From: Bacteroidota bacterium
Lineage (GTDB): Bacteria; Bacteroidota; Rhodothermia; Rhodothermales; JANQRZ01
NCBI GenBank assembly: GCA_038746285.1
Contig: JBCDKT010000013.1
Coordinates: 13,126-77,125, forward strand
Direction of reading: 5' to 3'
DNA: 64,000 nucleotides
Position numbers and translations under genes: made by a program. The notes under the pieces were generated by a model. It was not told where the DNA came from. It saw nothing but the letters and a program-made list of their open reading frames with translations, and ran no database searches. Numbering within the stretch: the stretch's first letter is position 1; each line of letters starts with the position of its first letter. This document shows, one piece after another, positions 63,963 through 64,000 of this stretch.

Positions 63963-64000
63963 TGGCGGACTTCCCGAGAGGGCGCCCTCCTTCCCTTCAC

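Overview
Very GC-rich bacterial DNA. T9SS C-terminal sorting domains plus the high GC point to Rhodothermota (Rubrivirga/Rubricoccus-like); this is an inference. The window has four blocks. (1) 1-12.3 kb, minus strand: two large secreted multidomain proteins. One is an FN3 protein running off the left edge; the other is a ~3100-aa PQQ-sugar-dehydrogenase-like/malectin/Ig protein with a T9SS tail. (2) 13.3-31.1 kb, plus strand: a tightly packed metal (probably zinc-limitation) operon. It is headed by a CxxC/RGPP DUF2946-like leader peptide and encodes a PA4064-66/Zrg-like ABC system with a 20-His insert, two flavoproteins, MerC, a COG0523 GTPase and a Tat-lipoprotein SOD. It also has one ATPase with four DUF3526 permeases, an internally deleted TonB-receptor remnant, a double-cupin lipoprotein and an amber-interrupted DUF5916 gene. 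(3) 31.2-38.1 kb: a REP doublet, a T9SS protein, a lytic transglycosylase and a rhodanese. (4) 38.2-64 kb: a LacI-controlled hexuronate locus (TRAP, DASS, uxaABC, uxuA, kdgK, eda, uidA, GH2, GH28, Tat enolase-family enzyme, WD40 protein, TonB receptor). The most striking unexplained signal is in block 4. Twelve of 15 gene junctions carry G-rich/C-rich 8-bp or 9-bp periodic arrays arranged as inverted arms. One 8-mer pair encloses an Avd-like four-helix-bundle gene, four 'empty' copies share a conserved core resembling that gene's leader, and 9-mer pairs bracket the GH28 and secreted GH2 genes. This looks like a transposase-less mobile or cassette system. No rRNA, tRNA, CRISPR array, transposase or reverse transcriptase was recognised. 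All family assignments come from motifs read by eye, not from database searches.
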